64,000 nt of DNA from contig CP158635.1 in NCBI GenBank assembly GCA_050273025.1, positions 2,046,001 through 2,110,000 on the forward strand, in the 5' to 3' direction. Under the pieces are notes generated by a model that worked only from the letters and a program-made list of their open reading frames with translations, was not told the DNA's origin and ran no database searches. The position numbers were made by a program, and so were the translations under genes. Each line of letters begins with the position of its first letter. Position 1 is the stretch's first letter. Source of the stretch: Cenococcum geophilum (Eukaryota). Below, in pieces: positions 51,500 through 64,000 of this stretch.

Positions 51500-52830
51500 A
51501 GTAGCTTTAAAAAAGTAGTATATTAACTAGACTTATAAAATAGAAGAAGCTATAGTTAAAGGCCTAATAGAGGCTGTTTAGAAAGGGCTCCGCGTAAATA
51601 GCTTATATAAAAAGGAAGGCTAGCAGATAGCTTTAAATGCCGTATAAGTAAAGACTTAATATCTAATTACTATATGGTAGCTTAAAAGTAAGTATAAAAG
51701 CTATAAAAAGGACTAGAAGGTATAGAAGGAGCTTTATAGCTAATTTAGCTAGGGGTAGGACAATAATAAAGTATAACTAACTACTAGTGCTTTCTTAAGC
51801 CTACCCTTAACTTACTTAACGACTTATTTACCTTAACTTATTTACTAACTTAAGCCACCAACTTAACTACTAACTCGGTTAATAACTTGGTTAATTACTC
51901 CTTTCTTATCTTATTATCTATACCTTCCTTATATATATATATAGACCCTTTAAACCTCTATTTATAATTAAGTTACTTATTTAATTTTCCTATACTATAA
52001 AGCTTATATAAAGGTATACTAGTTGCCTTTAAAGACGTTATAGATAGATATTTTAAAGCTAATTTTAATATTATAAAGTTTTAAGATACTCCGCCGCTTT
52101 TCTTAGAGGAGCTTAATAAGCTATTTTAAGGCGTAGTTATAACGGGTAACTACGCTCTTACTATTAATAAAGCTCTTAATTAAATAAAGAATAGGCCGCT
52201 AATTAATCCTACGCTAATAAAGGAGGAAAGTACTGCTACTATATAGGACGGTAGGAGTAAAGAGGAAGAGTTTTCTAATAAGGAAGATAATAAGGTAGCT
52301 AATAAAGATAAACCTTAATCTTCTATAGAATAGCGTTAGTTAGCTTTATTAGCCAGTAATATTTTCTTAGATAATCGCTCTACTATACCTTCTAGTTAAT
52401 AATTATTGTCCTTAATAAGCCTAAGCCTTTATTATACGCCTTTGTTAACGCCTACTTAAATATCTTTACTAGCTATAAGAAAACGCGCTACTAAATAAGC
52501 TACCTAGTTAAATAAACTAGATATAAAGTATTAGTAATTTAAAGATAGGTAAAGGATAAAGAACCTACTAGGAGAGACTATAGAATTAATATTAAAAGAG
52601 ATTAGAGCTACGCAAGAGCTTTTTAGTTAAAAGCCGCCTCTAAAAAAGGCCTTAGTAGAGTTCCTTAACGAGTTTAATAATATAAACCTTAATAATTAAG
52701 TACTTATTTTAGAAGCCTTTAAGACGGAATTAATAGTAAGAACCTTTTTAATTATATTAAGGGCGTTATAGAAGAGGTTAATAAATAGAACTCTAGTAAA
52801 AATAAAGAAAAAGGAAAACGTTAAAGGTTA
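51500..52830 (+). pseudogene. Harbinger Myb/SANT-like DNA-binding protein relic
   Basis: *TYKIEEAIVKGLIEAV*KGLRVNSLYKKEG*QIALNAV...LKSKYKSYKKD*KV*KEL...S*G*DNNK, i.e. the W..E.E..L...G...K...W...Q.KSK...KK.W......GWD pattern with RIP stops. Confidence 0.8.
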
Positions 52831-53020
52831 AAGTTTATATAAAATTAGTAACTACTTTTACTTTATATTTATAATTGCTTTACTATTAGTAAATTTATTT
52901 TTTAGTAAGGTTTTTATATATAAATTAATAAGTCCTTAAACCTATTATAAATATACTCTATAAAATTAAAGTAACCGCTTTTCTATATATAATTATTAGA
53001 AAGTTATTATATTAAGAAGC

Positions 53021-53232
53021 TGTAACGGCGCTATCGCACGTTACCTGCCAAATTCTGCCATATTCTGCCGACCTGCGATTAGCCCGCCCAAAGCTAGCGC
53101 CTTGGCGGCTTACCCTACATATTTATTTACATTGGTCCTAGCGACCCCTTTTTCCTTCTCTTTAGCTTAGTATCTTCGTAATATAGCATTCGTTTAAGCT
53201 TTGGTTTAGAGGCATTTGTTTAAGCCGTGATA
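53021..53232 (+). repeat. 5' LTR (212 bp)
   Basis: TGTAACGGCGCTATCGCACG...TAAGCCGTGATA. Confidence 0.97.
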
Positions 53233-56200
53233 TTATACTAAGCTCTCCCTACCTTACCTGGGAAGGCCTCAATAATATCCTACCCTAAAGAAACTTTGTC
53301 TGCAATAACGCATTAACGCGCTATACTTAGACACTAAAACCACTCTACATTACCTAGGAAGGCCTAGATAATATCCCACCTCATAAGCTAGATAGGACTG
53401 GACCTGTACCCCCAAAATTAAAACTAAAGCGTATAATACCGACGAACCTTAGGAAGCTAATAATGGCACCTAAAGCAAGCTTATCTAAGAGAGCTGCCTC
53501 TACCTAAGAGAAACCTGAGATCCAATTAGGATTAGAAATTAAAGATAATAATAACATCGTAAACGTACGCGAGCAGATTCGTGCCCTTGTAGCCAGCTAG
53601 GAAGCCGATTGTCTTAAAGCGAGAAATATACAAGAGACCCTATAAGAGATCCTAGAAAGCCTTACGGCCCTATAAAATAGCCTAGCTTCCCCTTCTTAAA
53701 GCCCTAGCTAACCTATTTACTCTACTAAATATAATACACTAGGGAGTATAGATACAATAACGAAGCAATTAAAGTCCGTTAAGCTCCCTAACCCCCTACT
53801 ACTATCTAACGGGATAGACCCTACCTTTAAGAATTAGAGGATTTAAGTATAAGGAAAGCTCCGTGTTAACTATAACTATTTTCTTTCTAAAGAAGCTAAA
53901 ATGCTTTACCTCTTTAGTCGAACCACTGGGGACGCCTAACGGCACCTTTAAGCTAAGTTTGAGGATAACTCCCCTGTCTAATTTATATCCATTAATAAGA
54001 TAATATAGTACCTAGCAGCTATTTATATTAACCCAAACAAAGTATAGGATGCCCGTTATAACTATAATTGCTTAATAATAAAACCGAACTAACCCTTTGC
54101 TAAATTCTAGACTTAATTCCTATACCTTATAGGAGAAGGCTAGGTCCCCCTTAAGAACTACCAATTAGACCTATATAATAAGCTAATAATCCGGCTATAA
54201 GAAAAGATTACTATAACCTTAGATGACCTACCAACCTATAAAAGACTTGCAGCTTATTGCTTATTATTAGACTTAGAACTAAAGCAGATTGACGCCCGCC
54301 CTAATTAGTAGAAGCAACTCTATAATAATTAGAACTCGCTAGCTATACCTATAAAAGCTAAAGCAGGAAGACAAGTTACGACTGCTCTTTTACTAAAGGC
54401 GGTTATAATTACGCACTAGCGAGCCTTACCCGACCAGTTACGTACCACACTATTAACTAGTATTCGCCGCAATACTTTAATTAACCCTACCTCGGCCACG
54501 TGCTTTAACTATAATAAGTAGGGTCACTTTACCTCGTCCTACCTGGAGCTAAAGGATATAGGCGATATTAAGGAGATAAAGGAAGGAGAAACGTTAGATA
54601 AGTTGGGAAAAGAGGAACCCTAGGGAAAGACTCCCCCCTAGGGTACCCTATTGATCTTAAAGAGATTAATCTTAGTTAGTTAATAGGTGGAAAGTATTTT
54701 ACGTTTCTATATATAGTATCTTAAAATGGATATAGAGTTAATATAACCGCCCTTATTAACACTAGAGCAAATAGCTTTGCCTTTATAAATACTGCCTATA
54801 TAAATAATATTGCCAAGTTTCTAAATACAGAAGCCATCTAACTAGAGAAGCCTGTTTAGGTAAAAGGCTATAACGGCTAAGCCGGTTGGCCCGTTACCCA
54901 CATCTTAAAGTTATATATTACTCTTAACGGACGACGCTAATACGGCATCCCCTTTTATATCCTAGACCTGGGGTCTTACAATATAATCCTTAGACGAAAA
55001 TAGATGTTCTATTTTAATATCTGGTTAAACGTATAATAAAGACGGTTTATCTAGCCGGAGGATAGACCAAGGTTACCCTCCTTTATTAGGGAGATCCGAA
55101 CTAACTATAAGACACTAACCGTAAGGGCTAACCCTACCTACTAGCAGGATGTCCGGGCCTGTGACCTAGCCTTTACCTAAGAAGACGCCCGCTATAAAGC
55201 TAGAAAGAACTCCGTACTAACAAAGATACTCTCCTAAAGCGCTACGTTTAAAGAGGACTCTACGTACAGAAGCGGGACAGATAGTAATATAGACAACGTC
55301 TAAATCGCACGGATTTAACTGGTATAGAAAAGAACGTATTAATAGGATATAAGGGATAACCTCTAAAAGATGTAACAGGAGCTAAAAGGGGTAATAATAA
55401 CGCTAGTACCCCGGAAGTCCCTAAAGTTATATACGCCCCTATTATTAGGCAACCCCCCTACTATAGACATTACCGCAATTAGCGCTATAGCGTTTTACTT
55501 TAATATATACCGGAAGGATAATAAGGTCTTTATAATAAGCCTATATAAGATTAACTAAATTATTAATAATAGAGAGGAAAGGCTAGCTAAGGAAACCGAT
55601 GAGGAACTAGTTAAACGCCTCCTTTTTACCATTTATATAAACTACAAGGATATATTCTTAAAGGCGGCCTTAGATAAGTTACCCCCCTACCAGACGTATG
55701 ATTATAAGATTTAATTAGAAGCCAATAACTTACTAGGCTATAGCCCCCTTTACTATTAATTAATGGATAAGTTAAAAGTAATAAAGTAGTACTTAATTAA
55801 TAACCTAAATAAAGGGTTTATCGAGCTAAGTCAAGCCCCTTTTACTTCCCCTATCCTATTCGTAAAAAAGCCTAATAGAGGCCTTTATTTTTGTATTAAC
55901 TATTAAAAGCTAAACACTATTACTTAGAAGGACCAGTATTCTATTCCTTTAATTAATGAGACCCTTATACGTCTAAGCTAGGTAAAGATCTTTACTAAAC
56001 TTAATATCCGCCAAGCTTTCCACCGAATTAGGATAGACCCTATATCTAAAGATTTAACAACGTTCTGTACCTATTATGGTTCCTATAAATATAAAGTTCT
56101 TCCTTTTAAACTAATAAACGGACTGGCTATGTACTAAAGGTATATAAATAACGTTCTTTTTAATTACCTTAACGAATTCTATATAGTATACCTAGACGAT

Positions 56201-58994
56201 ATTCTTATATACTTAGATGACGAACTTAAGCATTAAGTTCATATTAAGAAGGTCCTAAAGAGACTACGGAACGCGGGCTTATAAGTTAATATTAAGAAAT
56301 GTAAGTTTAGGGTAAAACGTATAAAATACCTTGGGTTTATCGTGACTATAGAAGGAATTAAGGTTGACCCTAAGAAGGTAGAGGCAATCCGTAACTAGAA
56401 GCCCCCTTACACAGTAAAAGGAATCTAGTCCTTCCTTAGCTTCTACAACTTCTACCGCCGGTTTATCTATAACTATAGAATTGCGGCAAAACCTCTTATA
56501 TAACTAACTAGGAAGGATATGCCTTTTATCTTTAATAATAGCTATATAGAAGCCTTTAAAGAGATAAAGGATCGGCTTATCTCTTCCCTAATCCTTTATT
56601 ACTATAACCCGGACCTTAAATCAATGCTAGAAACGGACGCCTCTAATGGGGTCGTAGCGGGAATCCTATTATAGTTACATCTAGACGGCGAATGGTACCC
56701 TATAGCTTTCTTCTTAAAGATAATAGACCTGGCTAAGTGTAACTATAAAGTACACGACAAAAAAATGCTAGCTATTATTTAATTACTCTTCTAATGGCGC
56801 GCAGAGCTTAAAGGTATAAATTCCTAGATTAAGATATATATAGATTATAAAGCCCTAGAGTACTTTATAACTATAAAGCAGCTTACTAAACAATAGGCCT
56901 AGTAGGCCAAAATACTCTCCTAATTCTTCTTTATGATTATATATTATTCTAGCAAGTAAAACTCTAAGGCTAATACCCTAACCTAAAAAGAACAAGATAT
57001 AGGACCCTAGGATAAGCTAAAGACCTAATATTGGACGCGCGCCCTCCTCTATCTAGAACAGCTTAACCTACGGATCCTTAAGGAGCTAGACTCCTAGCAA
57101 AACGAGCTAGCACTAATAGAGGAGTCCTTAGATAAGCTAATAGGGCTAATTAACCGCCTTCTAACTATAAACCGTATGGCTAATGCCCTAAGGGCCCTCC
57201 GCGAATAAGCCGTAAAAGGAAACCCCAATTTTAAGACGGAGGAAGGATTGCTCCTATACCAGGAGTGGCTTATAGTCCTTAATATTAATAATCTACGAAC
57301 CAAACTAATCCGCAAAGCTTATTACTAAGTCTCTATAGCACACCCTAGCAAGAATAAAACCCGTAAAATTATTAACTGCCGCTACTACTAGCTAAGAATG
57401 GTTGCGAATATTAATTAATATATATAGAACTATAAAGACTGCCGGAGAACTATAATCCCATGGGATAAGACCCCAGGACTACTTAAGCCACTCCCAATAC
57501 CAAAGCGCCCTTAGTAGTATATCTCTATAAACTTCTATAAACTACCTAGGGACCGTAACGGATATAATATAGTTATAGTTATAGTTAACCGCTTTAGTAA
57601 ACGCCCGTTCTTAATTCCCTGTTATAAGAACATTAATGCCAAAGAGGCAGCCTAGCTATATGTCTATTACGTCTACCGAATCTACGGACCACTAAATACT
57701 ATTATATCTAATTATGGGCCATAGTTTATATCGGCCTTCTAGAATAAGTTTACCCGGATCCTAGGCATTAAGCTAAAGCTTTCTATGGCTTATTACCCCC
57801 AGACAGACGGTTAGACAGAGATTATAAATTAGTACCTGGACTAGAGGCTTAGGCCCTTCGTTAACTATTTCTAGGACAACTGGTCTAAACTACTACCCTT
57901 AATGGACTACGCGCAAGCAACCTTACCCTATAACTCTATAGGGTTTGCCCCAATTTAGCTAGAAATGGGATACTTACCCCATATAAGCTTTGACTAGAAA
58001 AGGCCAGAAGAACCCTAGACTATATAAGAGAAGCTATCCTATGCTAAGGCCTAATAGTACACCAAATGATTAGAGGAGGCCTAAACGGTAGCCCGTAAAA
58101 ACCTAAAAAAAGCTTAGAGGTTAATGGAACAGCAGGCAAATAAACACCATTAAGAGCCCGATTTTACCCCTAGCGATATAGTCTAGGTTATAATAAGGAA
58201 TTAGAAGACCGAACGACCCAGCCATAAGCTAAACTACCAGATGGCAGGACTATATGAGGTTCTTAAGAAGATAGGCAACTTATATAAGATAAAGCTCCTA
58301 GATTTAATTAGGGTTTACCCTATCTTCTCGCCGGATAAGTTATGGAAAGCTACAAACAACCCATTGCCTAGATAAAAGAATAAGCCTCCCCTACCAGTTT
58401 AAGTAAACGGTGACAGCGAATAGGAGGTTAACAAAATACTAGCCTGTAAGATAGTATGGGGAACGCTAAAATACCGTGTTTAATAGAAGGGCTACAATCC
58501 TGACCCAACCTAGTACCCTATATGGAACTTTATAGGCTGCCCCTAGAAGCTTAAAGAATTCTATAACCAATACCCTAATGCGCCTAGGCCCCCAAAGTAC
58601 CTAGACGAATAGATGGAATGCTAGCATAATAAAGATAATAAGTTATTAGAAGAATATAGGGACAAAAACGCCCTAAAGCCCTAATACAGCTGTCTGCCAA
58701 ATTCTGCTATATTCTGCCGTTTTCTGCTAGTACCATAAAATATTAGATGTCTAGGAACTTCGACTACCGGTTGAAGTTGTTTAATTAGTCAGATCCGTGC
58801 TAAGACTTTTAGCGGCTACTCTTTCTGGCCTAGTGCTTCCACTTAGCCTACAATTGCCCTTTGTACTTAGTCTGGACGTACTCTTATCCCCTTTATCTCC
58901 TTATCTTATATTTTATAATCCCACATTTATAAGCCTAGTGCTACCCTATTTCTAACTAAGCCTGAGGGCAGGCTTTCTTTAAAGAGGGGGGTGA

Positions 58995-59206
58995 TGTAAC
59001 GGCGCTATCGCACGTTACCTGCCAAATTCTGCCATATTCTGCCGACCTGTGATTAGCCCGCCTAAAGCTAGCGCCTTGGCGGCTTACCCTACATATTTGT
59101 TTACATCGGTCCTGGCGACCCCTTTTTCCTTCTCTTTAGCTTAGTATCTTCGTAATACAGCATTCGTTCAAGCTTCGGTTTAGAGGCATTTATTTAAGCC
59201 GTGACA
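58995..59206 (+). repeat. 3' LTR (212 bp)
   Basis: TGTAACGGCGCTATCGCACG...TAAGCCGTGACA, preceded by AAAGAGGGGGG. Confidence 0.97.
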
Positions 59207-59259
59207 GAAGCTCTTTTAAGGCGTGCTCTATAGTAGTAAAATATATTAGTATATAATTT

Positions 59260-60560
59260 AGTATAGTAATTTGCCTATAAATTATATACCTAGATATTAT
59301 AAAGGCCTCCTAATTACCTAATAATAGTTTCTCTATATAAGCTCTATAATTTTATCCCGTCTTTAATTTATAGCAACCTTACTCTCTTCCTCTACTATCT
59401 ATACGTCCTCCTTATTAACCTCCTTATCCTCTACTATACTATAGTCCTTTAAATTATTAGGATTATATATATTTAAGAAGTTATATACTACTATTAATAT
59501 ATATACTAAAAGAACCTATATTACTAGAGGGAAGTTCTATCTTACTGCCTTAAAGTATTAAAATCGTCTCTTAAAGACTCTAAAGGTACGCTTAATAATA
59601 TTCCTAAGTCCTATATAACGTAGATTAAATAGCTCCTTTATATTCTACGGCCTTATATTTACCTAAGCTTATTTATAAAGATAATATTAAACGCCTTAGT
59701 ATAGTACTAACGTTATAAAGGTATTTAAATAACTAATATTAGTAAGATAATATTAACCTTATAGAGCTTTAAAGCCTTTCTTCTTTGCCGAATTAATAAC
59801 TCTATAGTTATAGGTAGTACCTTTCTATCTAGCCAGAATATATATAAAGTTTATATTAAAATTAACAGTAGCTAAAACGTTCTGTGTTAATATACCTTTC
59901 TTACTATACTAAGGAGCTTACTACTTATACCTACCTTTAATTGCAATTAGTAAATGCGGACTATTAAGTACTTTAATATAATTAGCGAAGAACGGATATT
60001 GCTTTAGGTCATCTATAATCTTATCTAGTGTAGTATTTTTAGGTAGATTAATAAGCTCCTTATATAATTTAATAAGCCTAAAAAGAACTAAATATACTAC
60101 TCTATATACTAAATTAGCTTTAGTAAAAGGATTTCTTTAAAGTATATATTACCTACTCCTTAATTATTAATAAGGTATACTACATTTCCTTATAAACTAA
60201 TTAGTATAACTAATTATTACTAAATATTAGTAGGAATATTAATAGCTTCTCTACTACTAATAGAAGTTTTATATCCTTTAAGCTACCGTTAATTTAGAGC
60301 TATTTAAGCAACTTCCTAAATACCTCTAGCCGTATCCTTATTAAATTATAGAGCCTCTATAGGTAACTATAGAGTAACTACATTATTTATAACGTCCCCC
60401 GCTATATATTAGTGTATTAAGTATAAACACTAGCTAGTTAGATTTAAGCGGTAACAGTAAGGATTAAGAAGAGGATATTGTATAGGGCCTACAGCTGCTA
60501 TAGTAATACCGTTATCGGTAAGGGTAGTAGTAGTAAAGGTATAGTAGGTAATTGGATAGG
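59260..60560 (-). pseudogene. Harbinger DDE transposase relic
   Basis: NFIYILAR*KGTTYNYRV...YYLTNISY...LVLY*GV*YYL...RP*NIKELFNLRYIGLRNIIKRTFRVFKRRF, which is RIP-altered F.YVLAGWEG.AHD..V...YYLADAGY...ELFNLRHA.LRN.IERTFGVFKRRF. Confidence 0.88.
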
Positions 60561-61457
60561 CGCACGAGCAGAGCTCTAGATTTAACTTAATAATTAATTT
60601 TAAAAAAAAAAGCTCTAGATTAATCTAACGCTAAAACCTTAGATTTAACTACTATATATAGTAAAGCGTACAAATTTAACGCGGTTGCCGATCTAAAGGA
60701 GCTCTAGATTAGAAAGTCGTTAGATTAACCGAATAGTTGCCTCTAGATTAACTTGGTTCTGGAGCCTCTAGATTTAATCTAGAGCTGTAACCGAACGCAC
60801 CCTAATATAGAAGCATAGAGCAGACCTTTTTTAAGACGGCCCTTTGGGCAAAAAGAGGCTCTAGCTATGTAAGCTCTACTATCTAGCTTAAAAACCATTA
60901 AAGCAGATTAATGTTAAAAGTGGTAGTTAATTAATTGACTGTATTAACTCTAATAGAGGTTTAACTATACCTTGGTTAACAAGCTTGAATATTAATCTTG
61001 CTGGCTATAAGCCAACTATAGAGGCAGAAAAGCTAGCTTGGTAAGATACATTTAATAGAGCTTCGTATTTAACTAAATCTAATGTAGAAATAGAGCCTCC
61101 TAAGTCCTCACTAATGCCTCGTTCTAACCTTGCCACTAATGTCACCACCAAACGTTCTACTTTTTTAAACCTCTGTAGGTGCGTATAACGAATTTAGCTA
61201 TATTTAAATACTATATTAGGTAAATTAGGGTTGAATTTAATTAGGCAACGTTAATATTTATATATAGAGAAGTGCTGCCAAAAATCCGCAATGAAACACC
61301 ATAAAGTCTATATCACTTTCCTAATTGGGGCAGCTAGCTGACAGCGTGACAGTCAGCCTACGTTACCTTGCAGTCAGCGGACAGCAAGCGGCCCAATTGA
61401 CGCAGTCAGTCAGCTATAAAGGCTGAAGCTCGCAACTAGCTGACTGTTGGACACACT

Positions 61458-61789
61458 GCTGCCCAATATAGATAATCACATGAAGATGTCCGCGAATTAC
61501 TTCACGACTACTGCTGGAACGGTGCTCGAAATTAAGAAACCATCAGAACCATTCTCTTTGGGGGGGAAAGTTCTCCCGAGTTGCCCTCAGTGTCGTGGAT
61601 CCTTGCGCGATATTTCTCGCTATGGTCAAATTGTTAGGCGCGCGCTGCTTAATAAGTCTACTAAGAAGTCCTTGTCCTAGGCGAACTCGGAATATGTGCC
61701 TCTAGCACAGAAACTTGCCATAGAGCAAGAATCACTTGCTAATTTAGAAACTCAACTTAATGTGGAAGCACTGCGAACCGGCCTTCATC
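61458..61789 (+). pseudogene. 3' continuation of the ZNFX1-like gene, truncated by hAT insertion
   Basis: LPNIDNHMKMSANY...SEPFSL...CPQCRGSLRDISRYGQIVRRALLNKSTKKSLS*ANSEYVPLAQKL matches the region after the NFX1 fingers in fungal NF-X1/helicase proteins (CP.CRGSLR.I.RYGRIVRRA.LDESTKKF..W). Confidence 0.8.
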
Positions 61790-64000
61790 CAGTGATGTCA
61801 CTGGTCTGGTTGAAGTTTTGGTTGGTTGGTTGGTTACGCTTCCAAAATCGCAACCGGTTAGAGCTTTTTTTGGCTTGCGATTGGTTGGTTATAGAAAATT
61901 CCGCTCAACCGGTTAACTACCTAAACCAATTAAGTTAGTATAGAGCCTTGGTGTTGAGGTTTTGGGTAAGGGTGCCACGTACAACGAGAGCTAGAGCCAC
62001 TTAACTATTAAAGTTTACCCCCTTACTAACTCGAGAGCCCGTTTATACGTCGCGTCCTTATCGCGTCGCCCTTATTGCTTTATTCTTATTGCCAATTGCC
62101 CTTATTTCTGTCTACCGTCAACTTAATGGAGGCCTTTGTTTTAACCGGTCGATCGTTATGTAGTGGAGGTAGTAGTTTTATAGGTAGTAGCCGTTCTGCG
62201 GGCAAGGCTCCTGCCGTCCCTAAAAAGCGCGCCTGTTAGTCTTCTTAAAGTTAAAAAAGGAAGCGTTAAAAGATAAAGCCGGATAAAGCTCTGGCGGAGC
62301 CTCTTACCTATTATAAAGTTGAGTCTAACTCCGCGCCAGAGCCTGCGGTAAGCTAGGCCTCTTAACAAAAGCGATTTGAAGTCCACGGCTAATAGTATAG
62401 GCGTTGCGACGAGGTTGCGAGGAAGCGTGGAGGCTGTATAAAGAAGTCGCATATATGGGAGGAAGAGAAGGGATATGCGATAGTTCACGAAGCCATAGGC
62501 GTTCGATATTACTACTACTGCTACTACTTAGATTAGAAGAAGGACCTAAAGTATAAGCCTCTCAGTAAGTCGCCCTGCTCTTATATAGATATCAGCTAAT
62601 TTTAGGGTAGCGCTCGATGGTAATTCAACAGTATTAGGCCATTGGAAACGGTCCTATCGCATTAATTACCACGGTAAAGCAATTCCCCCTAAAGGCGCAA
62701 TTATAAAATTCGTCAAGCAGCAGGATTATATTTGGAAGGCCTGGTTTAAAGCTTTTAAGCTTTTACTAATTCGATGGCTCGTATACTATTACGTCGCATT
62801 TTACCAGATCGAAAACGCCTACTTTGTTAAATTAATTCAGCATCTAAATAAAAGCCTTGCCAAATTGCTTCCTACGCGAAATATAGTACGCAAATGGGTA
62901 ATAGGAGAGTTCAAAAAATAGAAGAGATAACTGCAGGAGGACTTACACCAAGCTCGATTAAGTATCTATTTATTCTTTGACTTATAGACGTTACCAAATT
63001 ACTACGCCATTATTGCGATAGTTGCCCATTATATTAATCGCGACGGAGTACGCCAGGCAAAGCTTCTTGGATTGCGACAGCTAGAGGGAGAGCATAGCGG
63101 CGCCAATATAGCCCAGATGGTTCTTAATGTAATTAGTAAATATAGAATTAGCAGTTATCTTAGGTATTTCGTGCTTGATAACACGTTAAGTAATAATATA
63201 GCAGTCGACTTAATTCTTAAGACTCTCTACCCCCAAATGACAGCTAAGCAGCGGAAACGTTGTCGTATTTGGTGTCTTGGCTATATAGTTAACCTAGCTG
63301 CCCAGGCCTTTCTTCTGGGCAAGACTGCGGATACTACTTTAGAGGAGCTCGAGTTAGCGTATAATAGGCGGGATTTTAACGCTATTGCGGCAATTTAGAG
63401 AAAGTAAGGAGCGCTTGGTCGACTACATAATATAATAAGGTATATTAGGATGTTGCCGCAGCGTCGTAAGGAGTTCAAGAGAATTGTAATTGGTGGAGAG
63501 TGGGCAGAGTTTAATTAGCTTGAGGTAAGTCCTATTACTGCCTCTCTATAACGTAATAAGACAGGAGTTTAATTAGGTACGGCGCTAGATTATCTATTCC
63601 CCCGGGCTATCTACGGTCGCAATATTATTAATATTCTAACTTTTTACTCTATAGTTAATTTAAAGTAATTCAACCCGGTAGAACTCGTACTTTAGCTCTA
63701 TTATACGCGCTATTAACTGTAAACAACGTATCTAAAACTTCTGTAATAACCATATGCCAAAACGCGGCGAAGGCATAGAAAATAATACCCTCACAAATTA
63801 CCACTGGTTCCTACTTGAAAAGCTCTTATCCGTACTACAACCCTTCTACAAGGCAACTATATATGGCCAGGGCCATAAACACACGCTTTACCGCTGGTTT
63901 ACTACAATAGATTGGCTTCTTAGATATCTATTTAATGCGAAGGAAGATTTTAAAGAACTACAAGAGAAGCACGGCAACAGTGAGGAATATACCTACTTGG
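61790..64000 (+). mobile_element. hAT-family DNA transposon, RIP-mutated, runs off the window
   Basis: Starts CAGTGATGTCAC with subterminal GGTT/AACCGG repeats. Transposase motifs SIYLFFDL*TLPN...LGLRQLEGEHSGANIA...YFVLDNTLSNN...RIWCLGYIVNLAAQAFL. Confidence 0.88.

Larger units (their letters stand above)
53021..59206 (+). mobile_element. full-length Ty3/Gypsy chromovirus LTR retrotransposon, RIP-inactivated
   Basis: 212-bp LTRs (TG...CA), 5-bp TSD GAAGC (53016-53020 / 59207-59211), polypurine tract before the 3' LTR. gag zinc-knuckle relic near 54500. pol order PR-RT (YLDDILIY)-RNaseH (LETDAS)-integrase (YPQTDG*TE)-chromodomain (E*EVNKILA...KYRV**KGY). Confidence 0.97.
51134..60802. mobile_element. 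PIF/Harbinger DNA transposon, heavily RIP-mutated, interrupted by a Gypsy element
   Basis: TAA TSD (51131-51133 / 60803-60805). TIR GGGTG(C/T)(G/A)TT(C/T)(G/A)GTT. Two convergent ORF relics: Myb/SANT-like and DDE transposase. Confidence 0.9.
47415..61457. mobile_element. outer non-autonomous DNA element with 9-bp TSD (Mutator-like), about 1.3 kb of its own sequence, hosting nested insertions
   Basis: TSD GCTGCCCAA at 47406-47414 and 61458-61466. Imperfect TIR GTG(C/T)GTCCAA(G/C)AGTCAGC. Many subterminal GTCAGC/GCTGAC motifs at both ends. No transposase recognised. Confidence 0.85.

Noticed and set aside
1..64000. tRNA, rRNA (including a 5S target site) or other ncRNA genes
   Set aside because: None recognised by eye; a covariance-model scan would be needed to exclude them.

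Overview
Filamentous ascomycete (Pezizomycotina, possibly a Dothideomycete) DNA with three compartments. (1) About 1-31.4 kb is AT-rich and heavily RIP-mutated (CpA->TpA; Trp/Gln codons turned into TAG/TAA). It is made mostly of decayed non-transposon genes: a full-length divergent Blm10/PA200 proteasome-activator paralogue, a DUF6594-like membrane gene, several C2H2 zinc-finger modules, chromodomain-like and RING-like genes, and repeat-containing ORFs. This looks like the cargo of a dead giant mobile element (Starship-like), but no captain recombinase is visible in the window. (2) About 31.5-47.4 kb is an ordinary GC-balanced gene island: F-box relic, membrane protein, Lsb5-like VHS/GAT protein, two conserved hypothetical genes, F-actin capping protein alpha, and the 5' half of a CCCH/NFX1-helicase-family gene. 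(3) About 47.4-64 kb is a nested transposon stack that splits that gene. An outer element with a 9-bp TSD contains a piggyBac, two Tc1/mariner-type MITEs and a PIF/Harbinger, which itself holds a full-length chromodomain Gypsy LTR element. A hAT transposon then truncates the 3' half of the gene. All family assignments come from manual translation and motif recognition; no searches were run.
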